A stretch of DNA of 64,000 nucleotides from Eledone cirrhosa (GCA_964016885.1 OZ024744.1:64790001-64854000); one strand, 5' to 3'; shown: positions 12,906 to 25,545, numbered from the stretch's first letter. Made by a program: numbers and translations. The notes: generated by a model from the letters alone, not told the origin.

Positions 12906-14428
12906 ACACATGTGATGGTCACATTTATCAGAGGTTGTTCACATCTATGACAGTAATAAGACATGCAGAAAGATGATATGAGATATGTTAATTTGATTAG
13001 GCAGTTGTTGAGCCATGATAGGAGAAGCAGAGACAGTTCATGGCTGAATAAAGGTTAACCTTTTAGCATTAAAACTGGCTGTATCTGACCAGAATTCTCT
13101 CACTTTTTTTGGTTCAAACCGGCTGTAACCGGCTGCTCATACTGATGTTAAGGTATTGTTCTCAAAATAAATAATATCAAAATCTCAAAGAAGAGATATT
13201 ATGTGAGATAATTATGTGAGGTAAATAAAGCCTTTACCATGAAAATATAATAGTAAATATAGAGTAATGTAAAGTCTGAAGGGTTAAGGTATTGTGTTTA
13301 AAATAAATAATTTGAAAATCTCATAGATTCCCAGACCCTACTCCTAAGTCGGAGAGGAGTTTCGGTTGTGTCCATTGGACAAAATGGAAACATGCAGTGG
13401 AAATGGGCTGATCTTTGGTAAATATCCTGACAGGATGGAGCAAACCTGTGTTGATCAGCTGTACCTTAACTCTTTAGCATTTAAACCTGCCATATCAGGC
13501 CAGAATTCTCTCTCCTCTTTCTGTTCAAACCAGCTGTAACTGGCCACTCATACTTATGATAAGGTATTGTTCTCAAAATGAATAATATCAAAATCTCATA
13601 TATTCAATATTATATGAGATAATTATGATAATTATGCCTTTGCTGTGAAAATATAACAGTAAATATACAGTTATTTCACCAAAACAGTTTAACCCTTTAG
13701 CATTTAAGCTGGCCGTATCTAGCCAGAATTCTCTCACCTCTTTCTGTTTAAACCAACTGTAATTGGCCACTCATACTGATGTTAAGGTATTGTTCTCAAA
13801 ATAAAGAACATCAAAATCTCATAGTCGATATTATGTGAGGTAAAGCCTTTATCATGAAAATACAATAGTAAATATAGAGTAATGTAAATGCTAAAGTGTT
13901 AGGCTTGGTTGTAAGAAATTAGTTAAGAATGATATGTGTAGGTGTGGACATGAAGAGGTGCAGCTGTTATGTAGGATGTGTTGTTACAGTGAGACATGAG
14001 TTATGTGAAAGAGTGCATATAGGTTATACGGATGTACTGGGTCAATGATGACATGTGGCATTCAGTGTATGTTATAAGAATACATTTTTGTTATCTGGCC
14101 TTGCTTAGCATTTTTGTTACCATATTTTTAATGAAATACACTGTATTTGAATTAATCCTTTAGTATTTAATCCAGCCGTATCCGGCCAGAATTCTCTCAG
14201 CTCTTTCTGTTCAAACTGGCCGTAACTGGCCACTCATACTGATGTTAAGGTATGTCTCTGAAAATGAATAATACCAAAATCTCATAGAGTCGATATTATG
14301 TGAGATAATTATGTGAGGTAAAGCCTTTACCACAAAAATATAATAGTAAATATAGAGTAATGTAAATGCTAAAGGGTTAATGAATGAAGAATCTGAAAGG
14401 ATTTACTAAAATTCTTACTTTATATATA

Positions 14429-14679
14429 GATGATGTAGGATGGTCAAGCACAGAAAATAACTGCAATTATAGTCAGTTATAAAATAGCTTATAAAAGTCG
14501 GGTAAAAAGACAGTAAAATGATGTTAGCAACTGCTACAAAGAAATCAACTGTATCTCTCAGAGATTGATTTCTGTAGCTGGCAACATATTTTTCTGTCAT
14601 CAAGAGTCTTTTATAAGCTATTTTATAGCTACTGACTGTAATAGCAGTTATTTTCTTTGTTTGAGCATCCTACATCATC
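14429..14679. repeat. ~250-bp imperfect palindrome (foldback element)
   Basis: GATGATGTAGGATG..AAAATAGCTTATAAAAG..GAAATCAA pairs with TTGATTTC..CTTTTATAAGCTATTTT..CATCCTACATCATC. Confidence 0.85.
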
Positions 14680-15303
14680 ATCATTATCATAATCATCATC
14701 AGTGTTTAATGTCCATTTTCCACACTAGCATGGCTTAGACTGGTTGTCCCATTTAGAGGCAAGTTGGGTCAGGTGACCATGTCTTGCTCATATAGGACTG
14801 TTTTTGACTAGGTTTCTATGGCTGAATGTCCTTCCTAATGCCAGCCACATTAACAGTGTGTACTGGGTGCTTTTTGCATGACACCTACACAACCACTTTA
14901 CAGTGTGTACTGGGTGCTTTTTGCATGACACTTACACAACCACTTTACAGTGTGGACTGGATGCTTTTTGTCGTGACACCTACACGACCACTTTACAGTG
15001 TGAGCTGGGTGCTTTTTGTTATGATACCTACACGACCACTTTAGAGTGTGGGCTGGGTGCCTTTTGTCGTGACACCTACACAACCTCTTTAGAGTGTGGG
15101 CTGGGTGCCTTTTGTCGTGACACCTACATGAGCACTTTACAGTGTGGGGTGGCTGCTTTTTGTTGTGATACCTATACCACCAGTTTACAGTGTGTGCTGG
15201 GGGCTTTTTGTCATGACACCTACATGACCACTTTAAAGTGTGGGATGGGTGATTTTTGTCATGGCACCTACATGACCACTTTACAGTGTCGGCTGGGTGC
15301 TTT
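14680..15303 (-). mobile_element. RTE 3' UTR with ~9 copies of the 48-bp unit
   Basis: (CAT)n tail at 14680-14700, tail motif, tandem units 14845-15303. Confidence 0.8.
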
Positions 15304-16459
15304 CAGTACTTCATAAGTTCAAATGTTCCAGTTTCAAACACACAATGTTTATTTGTCTTATTTTATTAATATGGTATTTGTAACACAACTTAATAAAAAA
15401 TTATAACAAAATTGTGTTGGAAGATTTTAATTTATATAAATATCCTTTATAATGGATGATTTTAATTTCATAGAACCAGAGGCAGTTTTGGTGGGTTGAT
15501 ATTAAAATGGTTAATACTGTTTATGTATAGCTCATTAGTTTGGTAATCTTTGAGAATAAATCATCAGTGCTGCTATCTGTAATTAGCTGGAATTTATTAA
15601 AGGGAAATTGCTTACTATAGAGAAATTTTGAAATTTCTTTCCAAGTGATATCTATCTAATACTAAGTTAAGTAGGTGGAGTTAATTAGTGTTAACAAATG
15701 TTTTCTAATTAGAAAGCTATTACTTGCCAATGGCAGTGTTTGAATCATAAGTTCAATATTCACAACTGATATTCTTCACCAAGTTAAAACAAAAATCTAT
15801 GAATGAATTAAGCTGGAAATAATTAGTAATGAATCGATAATTTACTGTGCCTCAAATAAAGAATGCTGTATAACCTCAGGTCATCGTTACAACCATTGTC
15901 ATCACCCCGCCCCACCCCCCTACACCTCATCACCCCACCTCCCACCCCATCACCACCAAACTCTATTAAACTATTTTTTTTTTGTTGAAATAAATTTACA
16001 AAATATTTTAGTTCTCTCTTACATTTTATAACCATAATTTGAGAATATATATTTTAAATAATCACAGCTGGATTTCCATAAAATTTACTCTATTTGCTCC
16101 ATTCTCAGCGATATAATAGTTGGAAGAATAAAAAATATATTTTAATGAAAAGAAATGATAGCAGTTTAGAAAATAAATGTTGAAGTTCAAATGTCAAATA
16201 AACTTCATAAAATAAATGATATTGGAAAATTTCACAAGGGTGCCTTCTGCATGAACAACATATAGCTAAATGCAGGCTAACATACACCATATAGTGATCC
16301 CAAAACGATTGTCAGCAAGCGAAATTATACCAATAGATACTGATCTCTCACTTGTTTACATGTGTTCCTGCACTCTACTAAGTGCTCTGATGGGCCAGGA
16401 GCCTGCACCTCACTTACATATGTCCCTACATTCTACTGAGTGAATTTTATTGTAGAACC

Positions 16460-16725
16460 AGTACTCGTAGCCTAGTGGTAAGGGTGTTGGACTTACGATC
16501 ATAATGTCATGGGTTCAAATCCTAGGCTGGGTTGTGTGTTGTGTTCTTGAGCAAAACACTTCATTTCACGTTGCTCCTGTTTATTCAACTAAAAATGAGT
16601 ACCAGCAATAGCCGGAGATTGCAATGGACTGGTGGGGGTCTTGTACTCTCAGTCCCTTAATGCCATGGAAACCAGAATATGTAGTGGCCTGATGTGTCTC
16701 CAGGCTTGAGACATACTTTAGACCT
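16460..16725 (+). mobile_element. Second tRNA-derived SINE (CORE-like)
   Basis: TAGCCTAGTGG A box, GGTTCAAATCC B box, TGTGTTCTTGAGCAAAACACTT core; related copies 28355-28652 and 61700-62090. Confidence 0.65.
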
Positions 16726-17125
16726 TTTTAAGAGTAATACAGAGGTTGTTATGTCTTTGGTACAGCTAAAAGGTCTTCCTGTCTGTGTGTGTAGAGAGAG
16801 AGAAAGAGAAAGAGAGAGAGAGAGAGGGAAGAGGAAAGAGAGAGAGAGAGAGAGAGAGTGAGTGAGTGAAGGCCCTATATAAAGACATGAAGGTAGTTGT
16901 CAGCTGATTGCATGATTCAGTTTAGACCTCTGTACAAGGGGATCACTTTATTTTGTTATTTATTTGAGGTTCATTAGAGAGAAGAAACTAATATTTCTTT
17001 CTCCAGATTTAAGTGTTGGTAGAGTTATTAGAGTGTTTGATTAAATGCCTTGCTGTATGTGTTCCAGTTTTCTGTGCTTTGAATTCAAATCTTGCTGAGG
17101 TAGGTTATCTTTTGATGTCAGTATA

Positions 17126-17329
17126 CAGGGTGAGCCGTAAGTCACTTCTTACCTATTTTTATTAATAAAACATTACAAATTAACTCAAAACTAATTTTTC
17201 TTAGAGAGTGTATTTTTCCATAATTGGATGTTGTTTTTATTCAACTTTAATCTGCAAGAAAATATATATTGTAATAATAAAAAAAATTATGAATTTTTAA
17301 AAATAGGAAGTGACTTTTAGCCCACCCTG
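17126..17329. mobile_element. Tc1/mariner-type MITE
   Basis: TA-CAGGGTGAGCCGTAAGTCACTTC ... GAAGTGACTTTTAGCCCACCCTG-TA. Confidence 0.8.
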
Positions 17330-17510
17330 TATAAAGTACCTAAAGTACCAGCCTAATAGGGTGGATTGGCAGAATTGTTAGTGTTATCTGTTCAAATCTC
17401 GCTTCTGTTTCCAGAAAAAAATAATGGCATGATAAATAGTAGAGAGATCCATTATCATTAAAACAACTAAAAACATCTTGTATAGAATGTAACGAGATAT
17501 GAGATCAGTT

Positions 17511-17580
17511 GAACCTCTGCAGGTGTGAGTTTAAACCTCTGCAGGTGTGAGTTTGAACCTCTGCAGGTGTGAGTTTAAAC
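17511..17580. repeat. 22-bp tandem repeat x3
   Basis: RAACCTCTGCAGGTGTGAGTTT. Confidence 0.9.
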
Positions 17581-17584
17581 AACA

Positions 17585-17800
17585 ATAATCGTTTCTACTT
17601 TAGGCACAAGGCCAACAATTTGAAAGGAAGAGGAAAGTTGATTAAATTGACCCCAGTGCGTAACTGGTGCTTTATTTATCGACTCTGTAAGGATGAAAGG
17701 CAAAGCTAACCTCGGCAGGATTTGAACTCAGAATGTAAAGGGCCATATTTCTATGCTGCAAAGCATGGTGTCTGATGTTCTACTGATACTGCCACTCCAT
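17585..17800 (-). mobile_element. SINE copy (long subtype)
   Basis: Matches dominant family with the extra ~35-bp segment. Confidence 0.8.
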
Positions 17801-18254
17801 TGAACAATAATAACGATAGATTCTATATTATGGAAATAAATCTTAGTTGGTTTGGTCCAGGAGAAGATTTATGTAGGGATAAGACAACTTCTTTTTAAAA
17901 ACTGTTTTGCCTATAACATAACAATGACCACATCATGGTAAATGCCACAGTTGAAATTAAATTTTTTTATTTTTCTATCAAAGAACATTTTTGAAACACT
18001 GTTTTTTAATTAAATTTCAAAGCAAACAAATATTGAATTACAATAAAATGCAAGATTTACAATATCTATTTAACATAAATAAAAAAAAAAAAAAATATAA
18101 TAAATAAATGGATAGAATAAATAAATAAATATAGAATAAAAGAAAAACAAGAATAAATTGAGATATTTTTTTTATTCTTCATCTTAGATATTTCCATACA
18201 ATGACACAACTGCAACACAACTGCAGTACAATGACACAGCCATAATGCTCTATA

Positions 18255-18620
18255 AGAAAACACCACACCACAACACCATATCACAACACCACAACACAAC
18301 ATCACTCTACAAGACCACATCACAACATCACACCACAACACCAAACCACAACACCACATGACACCACTATACAAAACCACATTACAATACCATATCACAA
18401 CACCACACCGTAGCACTGTACCACAACACACTACATCACAAAACCACACCATAACACCACATCACAACACCACAACACTATAATGCCACATCACAATATC
18501 ACAACACCATATCACAATACCACACTACTATATCACAACACTATGCTATAATATCACACTACAACACCACAACCTCACACCACACCACGACACCACTCTA
18601 CAACACCACATCACAACACC
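18255..18620. repeat. Degenerate pentanucleotide (CACAA/CACCA/CACAT)n repeat
   Basis: Direct inspection. Confidence 0.85.
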
Positions 18621-18801
18621 TCATGTCAAATACAGTAACTCTTTCCCAGCAGACATCACCTTCTGCTCTCTACAACAAGCAGCCACAACCACAACTTCTA
18701 CAAACCTTCTTAAGACACCTACCAATTATGATCATAACACAACAGAAAAGCTGCTCCCACATTTGAAAAACAACTATGGCTACAAATCACACACTTCTGA
18801 G

Positions 18802-18989
18802 CTGTGCCAGATTTACCATTGTGCTTAGGTGTGCTTAAGCACATGGACCCATTGGCCAGTGGGGGCCTAACTTACTGCCAAAAAAATTATTTATCATGAA
18901 TTTTTCAAATGTTTTTTAAATGTCAACTGTTGAAAGGGGCCTCATAATTTAACTAGTACAAGGCCTCATTTGTTCTAAATCTAGGACTG
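18802..18989. mobile_element. hAT-type MITE
   Basis: TIR CTGTGCCAGATTTA / TAAATCTAGGACTG; perfect 8-bp TSD CTTCTGAG. Confidence 0.8.
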
Positions 18990-20367
18990 CTTCTGAGACT
19001 GCATTTAAAGAAATTCTACTTGACTGATTAGCATGAAGTTGCTCACAAACAGACTCCAACGTCTGATCTACAGACATACTGTCTCCTCTCTCTGTCTTTT
19101 TTACCACTACTAGAGTGGCCTCTGCTCTTTGAGACTAAGTCTTATGTCACCTCTGTTCATGTACTCCTTACTCACTTGTCCCTTCACCTCTCATCTCCCA
19201 TATTGTGTTTATTTCATTCCTTCAGAGCCCATCCTAGTCTCTAACCCAACACTGCCCTACAGTATTTCCCAGAATATCTGGGCTCTGCAATTCCTTTCTA
19301 CCTACACATGTTCATGTTTTCCTACACCTGTCAACTTGCAGAAGTTAAAAAAAAGATCAAACATTAGCAACATACATCTCACCAATTTCATACCAGACCT
19401 GCTAACCTCTAAAAACCCAAACGGGGAGTACCATGACAAAAAGTACCCCAAAACGGGGAGAAATGAAGCAAAATGTGGATATTTTACATAATTGTTTCTA
19501 CTTTTGGCACAAGGCCAGCAATTATCCCAGTGTATTAGTGGTACTTTATTTTATCGACCCATAATGAAAGCTATACTGATTTTCACAAAAGAAGACATCT
19601 TTTACCCAGCCCAAAGTGGGTGGGAGATCTCCCCTTCAGACGGGGAGAGTTGACAGGTCTGCAACAGCGCCTGTGAATAATCTTGACATGGTGATATGGT
19701 CCTTCTCCCCAGACTAAACAAAAACAAAAAAAAACAAAAAAACAACAACAACAACAATAATAAAAACAATAACAACAAATTACAACAAATAACAAAAACC
19801 CAGCAACATTATCCATTCCAAGTAATATAATGGAGGCTTTCTAAGCAGAGCTACCCCGGGGCCTCTTGTAACAGTAACAAATACAAAAAGAAGGAAATGG
19901 GTGAAAGAAATTCTTCATAATCCACAGGAAAAGTAAGAATTAAAAACAAAAATAAAAAAAAAACAGACAGAAATTAACCCCCCCCCCAAAAAAAAAAAAA
20001 AAAATTAATCTAAGATGTTTAGAAGATGATTTTTATAAATTAGTTGGACATACATACAATTAACTTCAACTTCCTTTTTCTGCAGGAATATTTGTTACAT
20101 TTTTTTTACTGTTAGGAGATTTAATAACTTTGATCAACAGAAAGAAAAGAAAAAGAAAATATACAACAAAAAAAAAAAAAAAAAAAAATATCCCAAACCC
20201 CATCCCCAAAAATGCCCAAAACAACCTCCTCTCCTTCATGGCCAAGAAGAAGACATTGAAATGACTTTTTCTTTATAAAACTTCCATCTGGTGATCATAT
20301 TTTCATCAAAACCATTCATCTCCTAAACAGGTGGCAACAATCAGAAATCTACACTATATATATATAT

Positions 20368-20400
<33 letters not shown>

Positions 20401-20800
20401 TAAACAAATAAATAAACGAATATAAACACACACAGACACCCGGATGTAGCACATGCGCAAACTAAGCACACAACACACACACAAAAACAAGATGGCGTAG
20501 GACAGAACAAAGGAGAGGCACAAAAAACAAAGAAAAGAATCCCCAGTCACTGAAGAGGTCACAGAATGTGTGACGAAAGAACTTTGACAATATATAAACA
20601 ACCATCTGGTTGTGGAACCAACCAACCAACCAATCGGAAATTTATAAATTCCTAAATTTATAAATTTATTATAATAAATTGAAGTGAAAGCAACTGGTGC
20701 ATGTGTTTCTTATTGGCAACATGACCCTCCCAAAGTATAACAATATCGGTTTCAACACACGTTTTCAGATAAAGAATCTTGCTAAAGAAATTCAGAAACG

Positions 20801-20805
<5 letters not shown>
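20401..20805 (+). mobile_element. Solo Penelope-like pseudo-LTR between (TA)n tracts
   Basis: Same ordered motifs as 51350-51705: CATGCGCAAA, AAGATGGCGTAG, hammerhead, AATAAATT, ACCCTCCCAAAGTATAACAATAT. Confidence 0.7.
20546..20588 (+). ncRNA. Type I minimal hammerhead ribozyme
   Basis: Stem I GUCA/UGAC; core CUGAAGA(+G); stem II GUCACA/UGUGAC; GAAA; short stem III AG-AA-CU; predicted cleavage after CUU (20584). Confidence 0.75.
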
Positions 20806-20897
<92 letters not shown>

Positions 20898-21056
20898 TAT
20901 CTATGTATATATATATGTATGTATATTATATATGTATGTATATATATATATGTCGTGACTTTCTTGTATCTTTTAAATTTTTTATTCTAACTTTTATGCA
21001 TACATACTGGGTTTACAGTTAGAAATAGTTTGTACTTAGCATAGCATTGCTGGTGA

Positions 21057-21088
<32 letters not shown>

Positions 21089-21112
21089 CTAGTAGTGGTA
21101 GAAGTGGTGATG

Positions 21113-21155
<43 letters not shown>

Positions 21156-21239
21156 CCATTATACAGCAATGCTGGCATCTGTAGTTTGTCAAAGGGTTAA
21201 CACTGACAACTAACTTTAAGATTGCTATAATCTTATATA

Positions 21240-21542
21240 TCACACATGCACAATGTACATGCACACACATGCACACACACATGCACAGACATGTGCATGT
21301 GCATATGCAACATACATATCCAGAGGCATCACTGATGTGCACACACATATGCACATGCATGTGCATCATACATATGCAAACACACACATGCAACAAAACA
21401 TGTGCAACCAGACAATGTATGCACACATGCAACCACACAAATGCACACACAGATATGTGCATACTTATGTGCACACATATTAGTACACACATGTACACAC
21501 AAAGACACAGACATACACATATACTCAAGTACATACACACAT
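21240..21542. repeat. (CA/TA/TG) alternating purine-pyrimidine tract
   Basis: Direct inspection; similar tracts at 32700-32960 and 57805-58200. Confidence 0.85.
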
Positions 21543-21569
21543 AAATGATATTAGAAGCATGTAAAATAA

Positions 21570-21787
21570 ATGTTTCTACTTTAGGTTCAAGGCCAGCAAT
21601 TTGAAGGGAAGGGGGAAATTCGATTAAATCGACTCCAATGCATAACTGGTACTTTATTTTATCGACCCCGTAAAGACGAAAGACAAAACTAACTTCAGCA
21701 GGATATGAACTCAGAACGTAAAGGGCCATAACTCTATGCTGCAAACAATGGTGTCTGATGCTCTACCAATACTGCCAACCACTGCCT
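21570..21787 (-). mobile_element. SINE copy (long subtype)
   Basis: Family match; left flank ATTAGAAGCATGTAAAATAAATG plus a CA tract is shared with the 33590-33822 copy. Confidence 0.8.
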
Positions 21788-22304
21788 TATAAAAATAAAG
21801 CAGACAAATTATGATCAGTTTTTTTTTTCAAAATAAAAATCACCGTAATTCTGTATATGTTTTCTCTATACCGAATTACCTTTACATAGTATTACCATAA
21901 TATAACATAATATTAACATAATATTAATAACTACATCCACTGTGTTGTCACTACAGTGAAGGTTAGTTTCCTCAGCATGCCACCTTGGACAATATCATCA
22001 GAAGAGGCCTTGATACGGTCAATGTGTTGTTATAATTGGAGCTTCTCAGCCTTGTCTACAGTAATGGTAGGCACCTAGATGGGATAACCTTTCTCTCGTT
22101 TGAGGTGGATGAATTTGTGTGACAGACAAATAGGCTGCACAATTATAATATATAGTATGCTGAGGCACACATCTAGTAAGCACCACCTTCTCTCACATCA
22201 CCCCCTTCATCACCTCGCCCATCCACCTCCCACGTTGTAATCATACCAACCATATATCTATCTCCCCAATTCCCTAAGCTTCTCTCCCAATCAAGTCCCT
22301 AAGC

Positions 22305-22796
22305 CACACTATAAAGTGGTCATCTTGGATCCATGACATTGAATGCCCAGTCTACACTGTAAAGTGATTGTGTAGATGTCACAACAAAGAGCACCCAGTC
22401 CACACTGTAAAATGGTTATGTAGGTATCATGACAAAAAGCACGCAGGCCACACTGTAAAGTGGTTGTGTAGGTGTCACAGCAAAAAACACACAGTCTACA
22501 TTGTAAAGTGGTCGTGAAGGTACACAACAATAAGCACCCACTACACACTATAAATTGGTTGTATAGTTGTCACAACAAAAAGTACCCAATCTACACTGAA
22601 AAGTGGTCGTGTAGGTGTCATGACAAAAAGCACCCAGTACTCTCTGTAAAGTGGTTGGCGTTAGGAATGATGGCATCCAGCCATAGAAATCAAGTCAAAA
22701 TCAGTTATGAGTGAGCAAAACACGTTCTTCTGACCTGGCTTGTCTCACAACAGGACAGCTTATCTAACCCATGCTAACATGGAAAATGGATGTTAA

Positions 22797-22852
<56 letters not shown>

Positions 22853-22853
22853 A
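22305..22853 (+). mobile_element. RTE 3' UTR with ~7 diverged 48-bp units and (GAT)n tail
   Basis: Units 22305-22650; tail motif; (GAT)n 22798-22852. Confidence 0.8.
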
Positions 22854-23562
22854 GAGTGTATATGTGTGTATGTGTATTAGAGAGAAGGCTCCTCAACTAT
22901 AACTGCATTGCTCCAGACTTCATATCCACCTAGGAATAGTTCTGTAAGAATTTAAACTGCATCCAAAGGAAGTTTGGAGTAATGTTACTCAATAGAATGC
23001 ATAGCTTTGAGAACAGGAAGTCATTCCAGGTAGAGCGGCTACTTCTCTGAGAAGTAGCCGCTCTACCTATTGAGAGATCACAGCTCTGATACCAGATTTA
23101 TGAAATATTGATTTCTAATTTAGGCAGAAGGCCAGAAAATTTGGGGTATATATAAAGTTGATTAAATCAACCACAGTTCTTGACTGGTATTTTATTTTAT
23201 CGATCTTGGAATGATGAAAGACAAATTTGGTCATGGCAGGATTTGAACTCAGAACTTAAAAAACCCAGAACAAATACCACAATGGCATTTTATCCGATGT
23301 TCTACTGATTTTGCTAATCCCACACCTTAGATTTATGAAATATTAGCACCTTCAGTACCGAATCAACTCACTTGTGATATTTGTTTGTCAGATTTCAATC
23401 ATTGTAAAGAAAACACATTTCTATTTACTGCTTAAAATTTTACTTGCAGTTCAATAAGCTATTACAAAAAGTAAAAAACAAAAAACAACAAAAAACAAAA
23501 CAAAAAAAAAAAGACAAAACAAAAACAAAGTCATTCAGTCCATGATAACCCAATCATATTTC

Positions 23563-25545
23563 TGACCCAAGAAGACCTTGGATGAGGTGATAAAAGCTGA
23601 TCTTGCCCAATTGCACCTCTCAAAGGTTATGACACATGACCGAGCCCTGGTGTTCTCAGAAATACAAAAGACCTGAATTCCCACGGGTACAAATAGAAGC
23701 TGAAGCTTATAGACAGTACGTTCCCACCATCTTCCACTGTAAAGTGGTCGTGTAGGTGTCACAACAAAAATTGCCCAGTCGACACTGTAAAGTGGTCGTG
23801 TAGGTGTCACAACAAAAAGTGTCCAGCCCACACAGTAAAGTGGTCATGTAGGTGTCACAACAAAAATTGCCCAGTCGACACAGTAAAGTGGTCGTGTAGG
23901 TGTCACAACAAAAAGTGTCCAGCCCACACTGTAAAGTGGTCGTGTAGGTGTCACAACAAAAAGTGTCCAGCCCACACTGTAAAGTGGTCGTGTAGGTGTC
24001 ACAACAAAAAGTGTCCAGCCCACACTGTAAAGTGGTCGTGTAGGTGTCACAACAAAAAGTGTCCAGCCCACACTGTAAAGTGGTCGTGTAGGTGTCACAA
24101 CAAAAAGTGTCCAGCCCACACTGTAAAGTGGTCGTGTAGGTGTCACAACAAAAAGTGTCCAGCCCACACTGTAAAGTGGTCGTGTAGGTGTCACAACAAA
24201 AAGTGTCCAGCCCACACTGTAAAGTGGTCGTGTAGGTGTCACAACAAAAAGTGTCCAGCCCACACTGTAAAGTGGTCGTGTAGGTGTCACAACAAAAAGT
24301 GTCCAGCCCACACTGTAAAGTGGTCGTGTAGGTGTCACAACAAAAAGTGTCCAGCCCACACTGTAAAGTGGTCATGTAGGTGTCACAACAAAAAGTGTCC
24401 AGCCCACACAGTAAAGTGGTCGTGTAGGTGTCACAACAAAAAGTGTCCAGCCCACACAGTAAAGTGGTCATGTAGGTGTCACAACAAAAATTGCCCAGTC
24501 GACACAGTAAAGTGGTCGTGTAGGTGTCACAACAAAAAGTGTCCAGCCCACACTGTAAAGTGGTCGTGTAGGTGTCACAACAAAAAGTGTCCAGCCCACA
24601 CAGTAAAGTGGTCGTGTAGGTGTCACAACAAAAAGTGTCCAGCCCACACTGTAAAGTGGTCGTGTAGGTGTCACAACAAAAAGTGTCCAGCCCACACTGT
24701 AAAGTGGTCGTGTAGGTGTCACAACAAAAAGTGTCCAGCCCACACTGTAAAGTGGTCGTGTAGGTGTCACAACAAAAAGTGTCCAGCCCACACTGTAAAG
24801 TGGTCGTGTAGGTGTCACAACAAAAAGTGTCCAGCCCACACTGTAAAGTGGTCGTGTAGGTGTCACAACAAAAAGTGTCCAGCCCACACTGTAAAGTGGT
24901 CGTGTAGGTGTCACAACAAAAAGTGTCCAGCCCACACAGTAAAGTGGTCGTGTAGGTGTCACAACAAAAAGTGTCCAGCCCACACTGTAAAGTGGTCGTG
25001 TAGGTGTCACAACAAAAAGTGTCCAGCCCACACTGTAAAGTGGTCGTGTAGGTGTCACAACAAAAAGTGTCCAGCCCACACTGTAAAGTGGTCGTGTAGG
25101 TGTCACAACAAAAAGTGTCCAGCCCACACAGTAAAGTGGTCGTGTAGGTGTCACAACAAAAAGTGTCCAGCCCACACTGTAAAGTGGTTGTGTAGGTGTC
25201 ACAACAAAAAGTGTCCAGCCCACACTGTAAAGTGGTCGTGTAGGTGTCACAACAAAAAGTGTCCAGCCCACACTGTAAAGTGGTCGTGTAGGTGTCACAA
25301 CAAAAAGTGTCCAGCCCACACTGTAAAGTGGTTGTGTAGGTGTCACAACAAAAAGCACCCAGTCCACACTGTAAATGAGATTGGTGTTAGGAAAGGTATC
25401 CAGCTGTAGAAACCTAGCCCAAATCAGTTCTGTGTGAGCAAGACACGGTCAACTTACCGGGCATTGTTCACAACAGGACACTTGTCTAATCCATGCTAAC
25501 ATGGGAAAATGGACATTAAACGGTGATGATAATGATGATGATGAT
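23563..25545 (+). mobile_element. 5'-truncated RTE LINE with massively expanded 3' UTR repeat
   Basis: 23563-23735 is homologous to 38778-38945 (PKKTWDEVIKADL); ends with tail motif and (GAT)n. Confidence 0.85.
23735..25373 (+). repeat. 48-bp minisatellite, ~34 near-identical copies
   Basis: Unit CACTGTAAAGTGGTCGTGTAGGTGTCACAACAAAAAGTGTCCAGCCCA; 16-aa periodic ORFs on the minus strand. Confidence 0.97.

Noticed and set aside
16460-16530. tRNA gene
   Set aside because: A and B boxes belong to a SINE head; no intact cloverleaf
23735-25373. CRISPR array or Cys-rich repeat protein gene (254 and 299 aa ORFs)
   Set aside because: No unique spacers, eukaryotic context, and the array lies inside a LINE 3' UTR; open frames follow from a stop-free 48-bp unit
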